64,000 bases of DNA from a virus (taxonomy: Duplodnaviria; Caudoviricetes). The position numbers and the translations under genes are program-made. The notes beneath the pieces were generated by a model that was not told where the DNA came from, did not search any database, and saw only the letters and a program-made list of their open reading frames with translations. The DNA is taken from IMG/VR virus record IMGVR_UViG_3300009091_000015, positions 1,099 through 65,098 of that record; one strand, given 5' to 3'. Below are positions 1 through 8,304 of the stretch, one piece after another (the stretch's first letter is position 1; every line of letters starts with the position of its first letter).

Positions 1-333
1 GATGATGATGACCGGGAAGTGCTTGACGACCAGCTGGTGGCCCGCTAGAGCCTCGTCCCAGGTGGAGTAGCGGCGCTGGTAGATGTCGGCGTAGTGGCGC
101 TTGCCGCCATGGAAGAAGATCATCGTCTCGAACAGGTGCGGCGGTCCGTCGCCCCAGTTGTGATCCAGCCCCAGAAACACCGTCGATACCCACCACCAGT
201 GCCAGCGGTACTCCTGCTTGACGATCTTCGCCTCCCGGTTCCCGCACATCTTGGCCCAGGTTTCGAGGTCGGTCGGGACGGCCTTGTGGTTCTCGTCCAG
301 CACCCAGTACATCCCCATTGGGAAGTCGCTCAT
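1..333 (-). CDS. Conserved phage hypothetical protein, 3' end outside window
   Basis: Translated by hand: MSDFPMGMYWVLDENHKAV...VSTVFLGLDHNWGDGPPHLFETMIF...RRYSTWDEALAGH; ATGA overlap with upstream stop. Confidence 0.75.
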   Translation of the reverse strand, partial: MSDFPMGMYWVLDENHKAVPTDLETWAKMCGNREAKIVKQEYRWHWWWVSTVFLGLDHNWGDGPPHLFETMIFFHGGKRHYADIYQRRYSTWDEALAGHQLVVKHFPVIII

Positions 334-779
334 GTTGCCTCCTCTCCGATGATGTCGATGTCCAGGTCGAACGAGGCGGTGTCGTTCTGCGCGATGTAGG
401 CGGGATTCTCCCAGTTGTTGAACCTGCCAGCCGCCACCACATGGCCAGTGTTCTCGTCGTAGACCTCGTACCTGTCCACCAGCCCCCAGTTGCCCTCGGC
501 CCGAGGGAACTCGGCCCGCAGCCTGGTGGTGCCGAGCGGCTGGATCTTGCCGTTCCAGGACTCGGCCAGGACACGGCGGTAGCCCCGGCCCGAGACCTCC
601 TCCTCCCCGTGCAGCAGCGCCACCCGCAGGCGGGTGTTCTCCCAACCCTCCCCAACCCCGGTCCCGGTGTAGTTCTTGGCCGAGACCTCCGGAGCCATCT
701 CCGTTGCGAACCCGAGCTTCGCCGCCAGCGGCAGCGCCGCCAGCAACCCGAACAGCCCTCTACGTGTCGTCCCGCTCAT
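330..779 (-). CDS. Tat-like signal peptide protein with a domain similar to the small virion protein at 20570-20959
   Basis: N-term TRRGLFGLLAALPLAA; EVSGRGYRR...EFPRAEGNWGLV...YDENTG...NDTASF aligns by eye with ECSNAGYAR...TFGPASEAWTQV...YTLVTGG...GDSAQF. Confidence 0.7.
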   Translation of the reverse strand: MSGTTRRGLFGLLAALPLAAKLGFATEMAPEVSAKNYTGTGVGEGWENTRLRVALLHGEEEVSGRGYRRVLAESWNGKIQPLGTTRLRAEFPRAEGNWGLVDRYEVYDENTGHVVAAGRFNNWENPAYIAQNDTASFDLDIDIIGEEAT

Positions 780-780
780 C

Positions 781-1245
781 TCAGACCTCCAACCTTTCGG
801 TGAGGCCAGCCAGCCGCCCGTGAATCTGATCGAGAACCCGGTTGTGCTGGTGCAGCATCTGCGCGAGTCCAGAGAGCCCAGGAGTCTCTATGCCGGGGTC
901 TTTGGCCTCGTTCCTGGGGCTCGGTGGGCTGCAGACTGGCTGCAACCTCGCCTCCAGGTTCTCGATACAGCGCATGATCGCTCCGCTGATGGACTGCTGC
1001 GCTGCCAGGAGCTGCTCGATGGGAGTTGCGGGGGTTGGGATAGCCTGTCCGAGCCCTCCCGCCACCCCTGATCGCAACGTGCAGCCAGTCATCGGCGGCT
1101 CAGGCCCGTAGTTTCCTCTCGGCATCGTCGGCTCCAGGTACTTCCTGATGGCAGCTTCGGCAATCTCTCGTGGAACTTCCCTGGCGTCGTTGTCCGGGCC
1201 TCGGTAGTTGTTCATGTTGAAATTTGGGCTCAAGGTGTCAGTCAT
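781..1245 (-). CDS. Hypothetical protein
   Basis: 154-aa ORF packed in leftward operon. Confidence 0.7.
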   Translation of the reverse strand: MTDTLSPNFNMNNYRGPDNDAREVPREIAEAAIRKYLEPTMPRGNYGPEPPMTGCTLRSGVAGGLGQAIPTPATPIEQLLAAQQSISGAIMRCIENLEARLQPVCSPPSPRNEAKDPGIETPGLSGLAQMLHQHNRVLDQIHGRLAGLTERLEV

Positions 1246-1474
1246 GGTTCTCCTCCACCAGCTTCAGGTCGCCCTGCAGCTGCATCCTCAGTCGCTTGGC
1301 CAGGATCTCCCCCGTCACCTTGCTCAGGATCTCCCGCATCGTCTCGTAGTCCCTCCAGGGCAGCAGCGCCCAGGCCCCGTCCTCGGCTGGCGTCACGTAC
1401 TCCGTAACCTGCAGCGGGAAAGGGTGCCCGTACAGCGGCCTCGCTTGCAAATTCACTCTCCTCACCTCACTCAT
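1238..1474 (-). CDS. Hypothetical protein
   Basis: Start moved to ATG 1474 (MSEVRR), overlapping neighbours by 8 nt. Confidence 0.65.
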   Translation of the reverse strand: MSEVRRVNLQARPLYGHPFPLQVTEYVTPAEDGAWALLPWRDYETMREILSKVTGEILAKRLRMQLQGDLKLVEENHD

Positions 1475-1760
1475 CGCCCACCACCTTCCTGCCTTCTTCG
1501 GCCAGCAGGCCAAACAGCGCCATGACTTGGGCGGCTGGCAGACGCACCTTGATGTACTCGCGCAGCCTCTCGATCTCCTGCTTGGCGTCCTCGAACAGTT
1601 CGCTCGTGACTTCCGTGCTGGGATCTTCGAGCCTCTCCACGATGTCCCTCTTCCCGTCAACTCTCATCTTGCCCTCCAGCCACTTCACGATTGGTTCCAG
1701 GTCCGGGTACAGCCGGTGCAGGTATTTGCGATTCGTCTCGCCGGGTTCCCTCTCACTCAT
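1467..1760 (-). CDS. Hypothetical protein
   Basis: 97-aa ORF, GGAGG SD upstream. Confidence 0.7.
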   Translation of the reverse strand: MSEREPGETNRKYLHRLYPDLEPIVKWLEGKMRVDGKRDIVERLEDPSTEVTSELFEDAKQEIERLREYIKVRLPAAQVMALFGLLAEEGRKVVGDE

Positions 1761-1763
1761 CCC

Positions 1764-1886
1764 CTACCTCCCTCCGATCAGCGCCAGGGACAGCGCCTTC
1801 ACCGCCCACCATGAGATCATCACAAAGACCACCACCCAGGCGAGGCCGACGAGAACCCAGAGCGCTGAGAAGAACCGCTTACTCAT
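1764..1886 (-). CDS. Small single-pass membrane protein (40 aa)
   Basis: Hand translation MSKRFFSALWVLVGLAWVVVFVMISWWAVKALSLALIGGR fills the gap exactly. Confidence 0.65.
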   Translation of the reverse strand: MSKRFFSALWVLVGLAWVVVFVMISWWAVKALSLALIGGR

Positions 1887-2241
1887 CCTTCTCCTCCAGC
1901 AGCGGGTGGGGGATGTAGCGGAAGGTTCCCCATTCCGTCTTCGCCTCCCGCATCCCCATCGCCTTGAGCATCCGCTCGTGGTCCTGCGGCGTCATCTCCG
2001 CGAGCTTGTCCACCATCCGCTTGAACGTCGCCTCCCACTCCCAGTCCTCGGAGGCTGGGATCAGGCCGTCGTCGATGATCCTGTGGATGCAGTTGCAGAT
2101 GTCCCGCTTTGCGTTGTCGCTTTCGTTCTCCCAGGCGATGCAGCTCGTGACCGTGATGAGCCCTATCTCGGCGTTGATCTCCTGGATGTGCTTGTGCCAG
2201 GCGCGGGCGATCTTCTCGACGTACTGCTCGGTGTCACTCAT
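1879..2241 (-). CDS. Hypothetical protein
   Basis: 120-aa ORF, GGAGG SD. Confidence 0.7.
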   Translation of the reverse strand: MSDTEQYVEKIARAWHKHIQEINAEIGLITVTSCIAWENESDNAKRDICNCIHRIIDDGLIPASEDWEWEATFKRMVDKLAEMTPQDHERMLKAMGMREAKTEWGTFRYIPHPLLEEKDE

Positions 2242-2437
2242 GGCGCGGCCTCCCCGTCAGCCCGCAGTAGCCGGTAGGCTCCCCCACGTCGGCGTCACCG
2301 ACCTTGCGCTCCCGCCCCGTCCACCTCCAGCCCATGCAGTCCGAGCCGAGGCAAGTGCGGAAAGGACCGCTAATGAGGCTCATCGGGCACCACTTCGTGT
2401 GGATCGCTTCCTTCTCCGTCACTTCGTTCTCAGTCAT
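2234..2437 (-). CDS. Small Cys-containing phage protein
   Basis: KWCP...CLGSDCMGWRW...GYCGLTGRP pattern. Confidence 0.7.
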   Translation of the reverse strand: MTENEVTEKEAIHTKWCPMSLISGPFRTCLGSDCMGWRWTGRERKVGDADVGEPTGYCGLTGRPRHE

Positions 2438-2519
2438 CTCGCCTCCCCCGCCAGTAGTAGCCCCCGCCGCCGAGGAACAGGACGAGGAGGACGATGATGA
2501 GAAGTGTCGTCGTGCTCAT
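2430..2519 (-). CDS. Small membrane peptide (29 aa), DUF3309-like
   Basis: Hand translation MSTTTLLIIVLLVLFLGGGGYYWRGRRDD; ATGA coupling to upstream gene. Confidence 0.6.
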   Translation of the reverse strand: MSTTTLLIIVLLVLFLGGGGYYWRGRRDD

Positions 2520-2812
2520 GGTTCACTCCCTTTCGTGTTGATCTCCGTTGGTAATGGCTTCACCTCACCGTCCAAGGCGCGGAGGGCGTCGTCCAACGCT
2601 CCACCGCCAAAGCAATGGCGATGCGGTCGCGCCGCGTCCACAACCGCTTGCATATCCCTCACCCGATCCTCAAGCCGCAACTCGTACACGCCGCGTCCAT
2701 CTCTGTCGTCACGTAGGTCAGCAATCACCGCTTGCAGGCGGGCGATTTCGGCATCCTTCTCCTCAATGATCCGCTCATACCGGACAGCGACGTGGTCTGC
2801 AATATCCATCAT
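2516..2812 (-). CDS. Hypothetical coiled-coil protein
   Basis: 98 aa; shares QAVVDAAR...LDGEVKP with neighbour. Confidence 0.7.
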   Translation of the reverse strand: MMDIADHVAVRYERIIEEKDAEIARLQAVIADLRDDRDGRGVYELRLEDRVRDMQAVVDAARPHRHCFGGGALDDALRALDGEVKPLPTEINTKGSEP

Positions 2813-3018
2813 GGCTTCACCTCGCCGTCCAGAACTTGGAAAGCGTGGAAGAGTTCAATCGAAACATCGTTCTCTTCCAGCATCTCCCGCGCCGCGTCCA
2901 CTACCGCTTGCACCTTCTCCCACTCCTCCCACGGGACGATGGCGAACGGCCCGCCGCTGTCGTAGAGCAGCACCTCCTCATCGTGGCCGGTCAGGTAGGC
3001 ACGTCGAACGTCACTCAT
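2809..3018 (-). CDS. Hypothetical protein
   Basis: 69 aa; QAVVDAAR...LDGEVKP C-terminus. Confidence 0.7.
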   Translation of the reverse strand: MSDVRRAYLTGHDEEVLLYDSGGPFAIVPWEEWEKVQAVVDAAREMLEENDVSIELFHAFQVLDGEVKP

Positions 3019-3271
3019 GCTTCACCTCACCGCACCGGATGTCTTCGGCAAAGCTATTCGGCAAGACATCTCCTCTCGCCTCGACCGTGGCGCGATTCCG
3101 TTCGGCCGCTCGATCAACGCGCCGCGCCAAGCACTCGCAGCACGTGCGTACCCATGTCATGCCTCGGCTATTGCGGTTGCCATACAGCATGAAAGTCTCA
3201 CCCGTCTCAATCACGCCGCCACACTCGTTGCACTTGGTTGGCGACTGCGAGGCGCAAGTCTTCGCTTTCAT
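3011..3271 (-). CDS. Zinc-finger-like hypothetical protein
   Basis: Start at MKAKTC with GGAGGTG SD; CNEC and CCEC pairs. Confidence 0.7.
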   Translation of the reverse strand: MKAKTCASQSPTKCNECGGVIETGETFMLYGNRNSRGMTWVRTCCECLARRVDRAAERNRATVEARGDVLPNSFAEDIRCGEVKHE

Positions 3272-3275
3272 GGCT

Positions 3276-3845
3276 TCACCTCCCCCTGTAGCCGCAGCGG
3301 TCCAGCCAAAGGAGGAAGCGGCTCCAGCAGCGGGAGACCCAGCACTTCGGATAGAGGCACTCGATCTGCTCGTGAGAGAGCTTGATGTGTCCGCCCGTGG
3401 TGATGGCGGCAACTTCCTCGCGGAATTCCGCGACGGCCTCGCTCACGCTCTGCTGCTTGGGCGGCATTCCGAGCGCCCCGAACAGAAAAGCGGTCTCCAT
3501 GTCGAAGGGCTGCTGCCTCTGCGCCGCCCCCCTCCCCGGCTGATCGAAGCGGAGGATGGCGTTCGAGCCGCAGTTCTTGCAGTGCTCGGGCTTCTCCTCG
3601 AAGCGAGAGCCGCAGTGGTCACACTTCCACATCTCGATCTGGCGCATACCCTCACCGGAGGGGCCAGCCCACCTTGGGTGGAATGGGTAGCCTCCGAGGT
3701 AGGGCTGCTGACCCCAGAGGTTCATCTGCTGCTGGGTGCTGCCTGGATAGAACCCGCCGAAGCCCCCGTAGGGATACTCGCCCCAGTAGGTGCCTGGGAT
3801 GGGCCAGCGGCTGTAGGCGTCCATGCTACCCATTGCCGTTGACAT
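3276..3845 (-). CDS. Hypothetical protein with zinc ribbon
   Basis: CDHC...CKNC; G/Y/P-rich N-terminus. Confidence 0.6.
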   Translation of the reverse strand: MSTAMGSMDAYSRWPIPGTYWGEYPYGGFGGFYPGSTQQQMNLWGQQPYLGGYPFHPRWAGPSGEGMRQIEMWKCDHCGSRFEEKPEHCKNCGSNAILRFDQPGRGAAQRQQPFDMETAFLFGALGMPPKQQSVSEAVAEFREEVAAITTGGHIKLSHEQIECLYPKCWVSRCWSRFLLWLDRCGYRGR

Positions 3846-4062
3846 CCACGACAGGCGGGGTGCGGAGCGGGAGGATCTTGTTCCACAGCTCGTTTGGAAC
3901 CTTCACGCTGTGGTGGCCAGCACTGAAGTCCCATTCGTCGTAGCACTGCGCTACCTCCCGCAGGAGGCTGCGTAGCGCATCGACCTCGCAGCCAATGCAG
4001 TGCTCGCTGTGACCGTTCTTGTGCTCCTTGCACGCAGCGTAGGTATTGATGTACTCGCTCAT
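3826..4062 (-). CDS. Hypothetical protein
   Basis: AGGAG SD before MSEYINT; CKEH...CIGC. Confidence 0.65.
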   Translation of the reverse strand: MSEYINTYAACKEHKNGHSEHCIGCEVDALRSLLREVAQCYDEWDFSAGHHSVKVPNELWNKILPLRTPPVVDVNGNG

Positions 4063-4081
4063 GCCTTCTCTCCTTTCAGCT

Positions 4082-4378
4082 TTACTCGTCATCCTCCCAC
4101 GAGGAGTCGTAGGGGGCTTCCCAGTCGGAGTCGTTGTTGTCCGGTTTCGGGTTGGCGAAGTCTTGGATGCCGAGCGCGGCCACGGTGTCCTCGTAGATGT
4201 GCTCGCTCGCCTTGGATGGAGGCGCTGCTACTCGCACTCGCGGCGGGGAGAACAGAAGAACGCCAATGTCGCCGCACCTCGGGCAGTCAAGTTCTCCCTT
4301 CGGCTTCTTCTTGGTCGAGAACGACAGCGCATCCCAGCGGTGCTTACAGCTCTGACAGCGGTACTCATAGATCGGCAT
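4082..4378 (-). CDS. FmdB-family zinc ribbon protein
   Basis: MPIYEYRCQSC...CPRCG signature; start reset to 4378. Confidence 0.85.
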   Translation of the reverse strand: MPIYEYRCQSCKHRWDALSFSTKKKPKGELDCPRCGDIGVLLFSPPRVRVAAPPSKASEHIYEDTVAALGIQDFANPKPDNNDSDWEAPYDSSWEDDE

Positions 4379-4652
4379 CGTCAGCCTCCGGTTGCCAGTC
4401 GGTCTTCGGAATCTCTCTCCCCTCTCTTTCCATCTCCATCCACCTGTCTGCGGCTTCCATCCATAGCGATCTGGCAAACGGGACCATCGGGCAGCTTGGC
4501 TCGTGGAGAACCCCGTCGAGCGTCTCCTCCGGCTCCTTGCAAGTGCAGGGCGGAACCATGTGGTTTTCCTTCGCAACTGCAAGAAGTTTTGTGGCCTCCT
4601 CTCTGACGATGGGGTTCTGCCAGAGGTAGCGGCCAATCATGCCCCGGCTCAT
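4365..4652 (-). CDS. Hypothetical protein
   Basis: ATGA overlap with sulfotransferase stop; CTC...HEPSCP motif. Confidence 0.65.
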   Translation of the reverse strand: MSRGMIGRYLWQNPIVREEATKLLAVAKENHMVPPCTCKEPEETLDGVLHEPSCPMVPFARSLWMEAADRWMEMEREGREIPKTDWQPEADDADL

Positions 4653-5224
4653 CGGTAGTCCCACCGCTTGCAGAAGGCAGACTCAGCCGCAAGGAGTCGC
4701 TCGCGCTGGTGCTGCCCGAATCGAGTCCGCTCGCGCAGCGCGTGGTCCGTGACGTTCTCGCGGTGCCAGTTCTCGATAGTGTGTGCCTTGTAGGGTTGCC
4801 CGGCAGCGTCGAGGATCTGGCACAGCGCCTCTGGTAGATCCTCCACCCTCGCAACCATCCAGCAGGGTCTCTCATACTCCTCGAACATCAGGCTGATCGG
4901 CGGCGTCTTCTCCTCTAGGACGCGCTCCACGAAGTCGCAGAAGCACTCGTCTTTGCGATACCACTCCTCGAAGATGCCAGCCGGAGAATTCTCAATCCCG
5001 GTGCCAACGGCGTCCATCTCCATCCACATCGACTTGAGCCAATTCGCCGGGTGGCGCACGAACATGAAGGCTCGCCGCCCTGGCGGCGGAGTCACCACCT
5101 GGTGGTCCTTCCCGAGCTTCCCGGCCAGCTTCACCCCGGCCTTGGGTAAGACGGTCTTCACCCACACCCCGGCAGTCTTCGGGACATGAAGAAACACGAG
5201 CTTGTCGGCAACCAAAAACGCCAT
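4649..5224 (-). CDS. Sulfotransferase-family protein
   Basis: FLHVPKTAG (5'-PSB-like) and FMFVRHPANWLKS (3'-PB-like) motifs; AAGGAGG SD. Confidence 0.8.
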   Translation of the reverse strand: MAFLVADKLVFLHVPKTAGVWVKTVLPKAGVKLAGKLGKDHQVVTPPPGRRAFMFVRHPANWLKSMWMEMDAVGTGIENSPAGIFEEWYRKDECFCDFVERVLEEKTPPISLMFEEYERPCWMVARVEDLPEALCQILDAAGQPYKAHTIENWHRENVTDHALRERTRFGQHQRERLLAAESAFCKRWDYR

Positions 5225-5351
5225 TCGCAGACCTCCTTACTTGACCTCGCACGATTTTCCACGATGTTGCACGGCACGTCAAGGACCAGCCACCGCTCTC
5301 CCTCGCAAAGCTCGGGGAGAGCGGGGCTGACAAAACTGACAGAACGACCGC

Positions 5352-5379
5352 TTGACACTTGACACCTGCGCGGTAGAGT
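5352..5379 (+). promoter_or_regulatory. Putative sigma70-type promoter
   Basis: TTGACA-16 nt-TAGAGT upstream of HTH gene. Confidence 0.5.
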
Positions 5380-5414
5380 TCTGAGTGGCGACTGCCAACA
5401 ACGGAGGAAGGCAC

Positions 5415-5657
5415 ATGAGAGGCTTGGAGAAGATCACAGACCGGCAGATCCTGATGACGATCAAAGACCTTGGGCCAGTCAGGATGTCCACCATTGCGGC
5501 CAAGCTCGGGGTCACGAGGCAGGCCGTCTCCTACCGCCTGCAGCGGCTCGAAGTTCTCAAGCGCGTGAGCAGGATGAAGGGGGACAGAGCCAACCGCGAG
5601 CCTGACTTGTGGAGGCTCCACAAGAACGAGGAGGCGCGGCAGCAAGGCGAGGTGTGA
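5415..5657 (+). CDS. Winged helix-turn-helix DNA-binding protein
   Basis: DRQILMTIK...MSTIAAKLGVTRQAVSYRLQRLE; GGAGG SD. Confidence 0.85.
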   Translation: MRGLEKITDRQILMTIKDLGPVRMSTIAAKLGVTRQAVSYRLQRLEVLKRVSRMKGDRANREPDLWRLHKNEEARQQGEV

Positions 5658-5658
5658 G

Positions 5659-6090
5659 ATGGCGGACCTATGGGCGACTGACGCTGGCCGGGCGATGATG
5701 ACGGACTACCTGGAGCGGCTCGCCTCAGCCCCCAGCGAAGTCCTCAGCGCCCTGCTGTTCCTGCATGAAAACCCGCAGGACTTCATTGAGCACTGGAGGT
5801 ACACCGGGCGCTGGCGTCAGTATTACACCGCCCCGTGGCGGCGGCTCGTGGAGGATGGATTCATCCAGTTTCACCACGAGAAGAAGCGTCAGAAGTCCCG
5901 AGCCGTCTACACCCTGGCCGACGAAAACGTGACGTGGCTGCTGATCGGGGTGCTGGAGCTGATCCTCCGCAAGATCGAGCGCCAGCGCTGCGATGTGCGT
6001 AGTTTCCTCCGCTACGCCTCGGCTGGGCCGGATCGCGGAGACTTTGAACAGGTGCTCAGATACAAGGCGGACCGCCGACCCAATGCTTGA
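5659..6090 (+). CDS. Hypothetical protein
   Basis: 143-aa ORF, GAGGTG SD. Confidence 0.7.
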   Translation: MADLWATDAGRAMMTDYLERLASAPSEVLSALLFLHENPQDFIEHWRYTGRWRQYYTAPWRRLVEDGFIQFHHEKKRQKSRAVYTLADENVTWLLIGVLELILRKIERQRCDVRSFLRYASAGPDRGDFEQVLRYKADRRPNA

Positions 6091-6115
6091 CAATGCCTAT
6101 CTATCACCCTAACTT
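6087..6115 (+). promoter_or_regulatory. Putative sigma70-type promoter for packaging/late operon
   Basis: TTGACA-17 nt-TAACTT, about 150 nt upstream of TerS. Confidence 0.55.
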
Positions 6116-6269
6116 AGATTTGACTTGAGGCTTCGAGCGAGGCTGGACCCCCTCGCGACCGCCGCTTGGTACGCTGATTGGCAGCGATGGGCATGAAGCC
6201 GAGTAACTGGGCAGTCAGCACTCTCCTCTGCGGGACAGCCAGCGGCATCGCACACCGGAAGGGGCCAGC

Positions 6270-6995
6270 ATGATGAACGGCGACGCCAAGAAGCTCGCGC
6301 TTGCGCTGGGCTTCATGGATGACGAGACGCTCGACGCTGTCATCGAAACCCACCCAACAGTCCAGGCATACTTGAACGGCGCGATCACCTTCACTGAGGC
6401 GATGTTCATCGAGGAATACCTCAGCAACGGCTTCAGCCACAAGGCGGCGATGCAGGCCGTGGAGTCTCGGGCGCTCGCGCTCCAAGCCTACGACCGGCTC
6501 GGGCGCACCCTCATGCGCAAGCCGGTCGTGCGCAAGCTCCTGGCCCGCCGCCTGGCCGAGCAGTCCCTGACCTCGGATGAGGTGCTGGCCCAGCTGGCGA
6601 GTGTTGCGACCGCCTCGATGGAAGACTTCGTGGACATCAGGCCGGTGACGGACCCCGTCACAGAACAGGTCATGTGGATCGCCGTGCCAGACATCAGGAA
6701 GGCGAAGGAGTCAGGGAAGCTCCACCTGGCCAAAGAGCTGACCTACGACAAGGAAGGCTCGGTCAGGATCAAGCTGCGCGATGCCGACAAGGCGCTCGAC
6801 ATGCTCGCCAAACACCTCGGCCTGTTCGAGCTGGACAACATGCAGAAGATCCCGCCAGAGGTTGCGGAGCTTCTGAAGCTCTCAGCTTCCGAGAAGAAGG
6901 AACGGTTGGGCCACTACCGCGACATGATGGAATGGAGTCAGCCAAGTGGGGGAGACACTCCCGCCAGCACAGATGAGCCAGCTCCTGAAGACTGA
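6270..6995 (+). CDS. terS: Terminase small subunit
   Basis: FIEEYL...AA...LMRKPVV...DEVLAQLASVA...IKLRDADKALDMLAKHLGLF; first gene of packaging module. Confidence 0.85.
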   Translation: MMNGDAKKLALALGFMDDETLDAVIETHPTVQAYLNGAITFTEAMFIEEYLSNGFSHKAAMQAVESRALALQAYDRLGRTLMRKPVVRKLLARRLAEQSLTSDEVLAQLASVATASMEDFVDIRPVTDPVTEQVMWIAVPDIRKAKESGKLHLAKELTYDKEGSVRIKLRDADKALDMLAKHLGLFELDNMQKIPPEVAELLKLSASEKKERLGHYRDMMEWSQPSGGDTPASTDEPAPED

Positions 6996-7698
6996 AGGCG
7001 ACGACACCCTCACCCTCGTTGCCCTCCAGCAGGAGCTGGATGACGCTTTCTCAAAAGACTGCTGGCGCTGGATGTGCTCATGTGTTTTCACGGTCGATGA
7101 AGCCCAGTACGGGATGCGCGGCGCGCCCAAGATCCGGCCCTGGCCGCAGCACCTCACCTACCTCAAGGGGGTGCTCGACGTTCTCTTGAACGAGCCCCTC
7201 GTCATGATCCCCAAGTCCCGCCGCGTCATGGTGTCTTGGTTGGTCGCCGCGTATTTCGTCTGGGTAGCTCGCTATCAGGACCATGCCGCGCTGTTCTGGC
7301 AGTCGGAGACGGAGAAGAAAGCGGCGTACATCGTGGACCAGCGCTGCCACTTCATCGAGACGAACCTCAAGCCGCCAGAGTTCCGCAAGAGGATCACCAC
7401 CATCAAGACGAAGGACTCGCTGGTCGGGCAGATCAACTACCCGAACGGCAGCTACATCTGGGCGGTCCCGCAGGGTGGTGACGTGCTGCGGACCTACACG
7501 GCGACCAAGGTGATGATGGACGAGTGCGAGTTCCAGCCGCAAGCGCCGGGGGCAGTCCGGGCGCTCATGCCCATGGTTGAGAAGGGCGCACAGGCGATTC
7601 TCGTGTCATCCTCGAACGGGCCTATCGGTGTCCTTGCCGAAGTCTGCAACGGGGTTGGCTTCTCAAGTTGGTCTGACATCAGTAGGATAGCGAACTAG
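6973..7698 (+). CDS. terL: Terminase large subunit, ATPase half
   Basis: IPKSRRVMVSW Walker A variant, KVMMDECEF Walker B, LVSSSNG motif III; ends before any nuclease domain. Confidence 0.85.
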   Translation: MSQLLKTEGDDTLTLVALQQELDDAFSKDCWRWMCSCVFTVDEAQYGMRGAPKIRPWPQHLTYLKGVLDVLLNEPLVMIPKSRRVMVSWLVAAYFVWVARYQDHAALFWQSETEKKAAYIVDQRCHFIETNLKPPEFRKRITTIKTKDSLVGQINYPNGSYIWAVPQGGDVLRTYTATKVMMDECEFQPQAPGAVRALMPMVEKGAQAILVSSSNGPIGVLAEVCNGVGFSSWSDISRIAN

Positions 7699-7707
7699 GA
7701 GGCGGAC

Positions 7708-8304
7708 ATGCCGATTCCCAGCAGAGGTCAGCTCGGCCAGATGGCCAACCCACAGTTCTCAGACCCAAGACAGAACCAGAACCTCGGCGGGTTCCCGGCA
7801 GGGGCGAAGCCGAAGCCGGGCCTCATGCCCGGACAGCCCTTCCCGATGCAGCCTGGACAGCTGGATGCGCTGCGCCGGAACCTGCCTCCGCCACAGCCTG
7901 GCATGCCAGGCATGTTCCGGCCGCTTGAGCAGCTTACCCAGAGAACGCCCGGCATGGGCGGCATCGCGCAGATCCCTCCCGGCATGCCGCGCCCGCAGCC
8001 CGGCATGGGTGGGCAGTATGGCGGGGCTCAGGATGCGATCTTTGGTCGCCCACAGCCCATGCCCATGGGACCGCCGATAACGCAGTTCCCAGGGCAGCCA
8101 GGGCAGAAGCCCATGCAGCCCATGCCTGGCACGCTGACAGCCGCTGGACAGCCGCAGCCCTGGCAGCCATACGCTGGCCAGCCCCCGCAGGCAGGACCGT
8201 CAAGGGTGCCGCCTGGGATGCCGCAGGGACCGCCCCAGAAGCCCCAGCCAGGCATGCCCAATCTCGGGGCGGCGGCTCCGGGTAGACTTGGTGGCGGCAA
8301 GTAG
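7708..8304 (+). CDS. Pro/Gln/Gly/Met-rich low-complexity protein
   Basis: 198 aa, GGAGG SD, fills the gap between terminase halves exactly. Confidence 0.7.
   Translation: MPIPSRGQLGQMANPQFSDPRQNQNLGGFPAGAKPKPGLMPGQPFPMQPGQLDALRRNLPPPQPGMPGMFRPLEQLTQRTPGMGGIAQIPPGMPRPQPGMGGQYGGAQDAIFGRPQPMPMGPPITQFPGQPGQKPMQPMPGTLTAAGQPQPWQPYAGQPPQAGPSRVPPGMPQGPPQKPQPGMPNLGAAAPGRLGGGK

Noticed and set aside
2304-3842. 512-aa plus-strand ORF and similar long ORFs opposite real genes (e.g. 24579-26309, 33772-35415, 42333-43736, 48538-49581, 58374-59606)
   Set aside because: Antisense shadows expected in high-GC DNA; the opposite strand carries coupled genes with SD sites and recognisable motifs
7699-8304. Intron or intein interrupting terL
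   Set aside because: No splicing-element features or endonuclease motif; the segment is a self-contained ORF with SD and stop, and the ATPase ORF has its own stop
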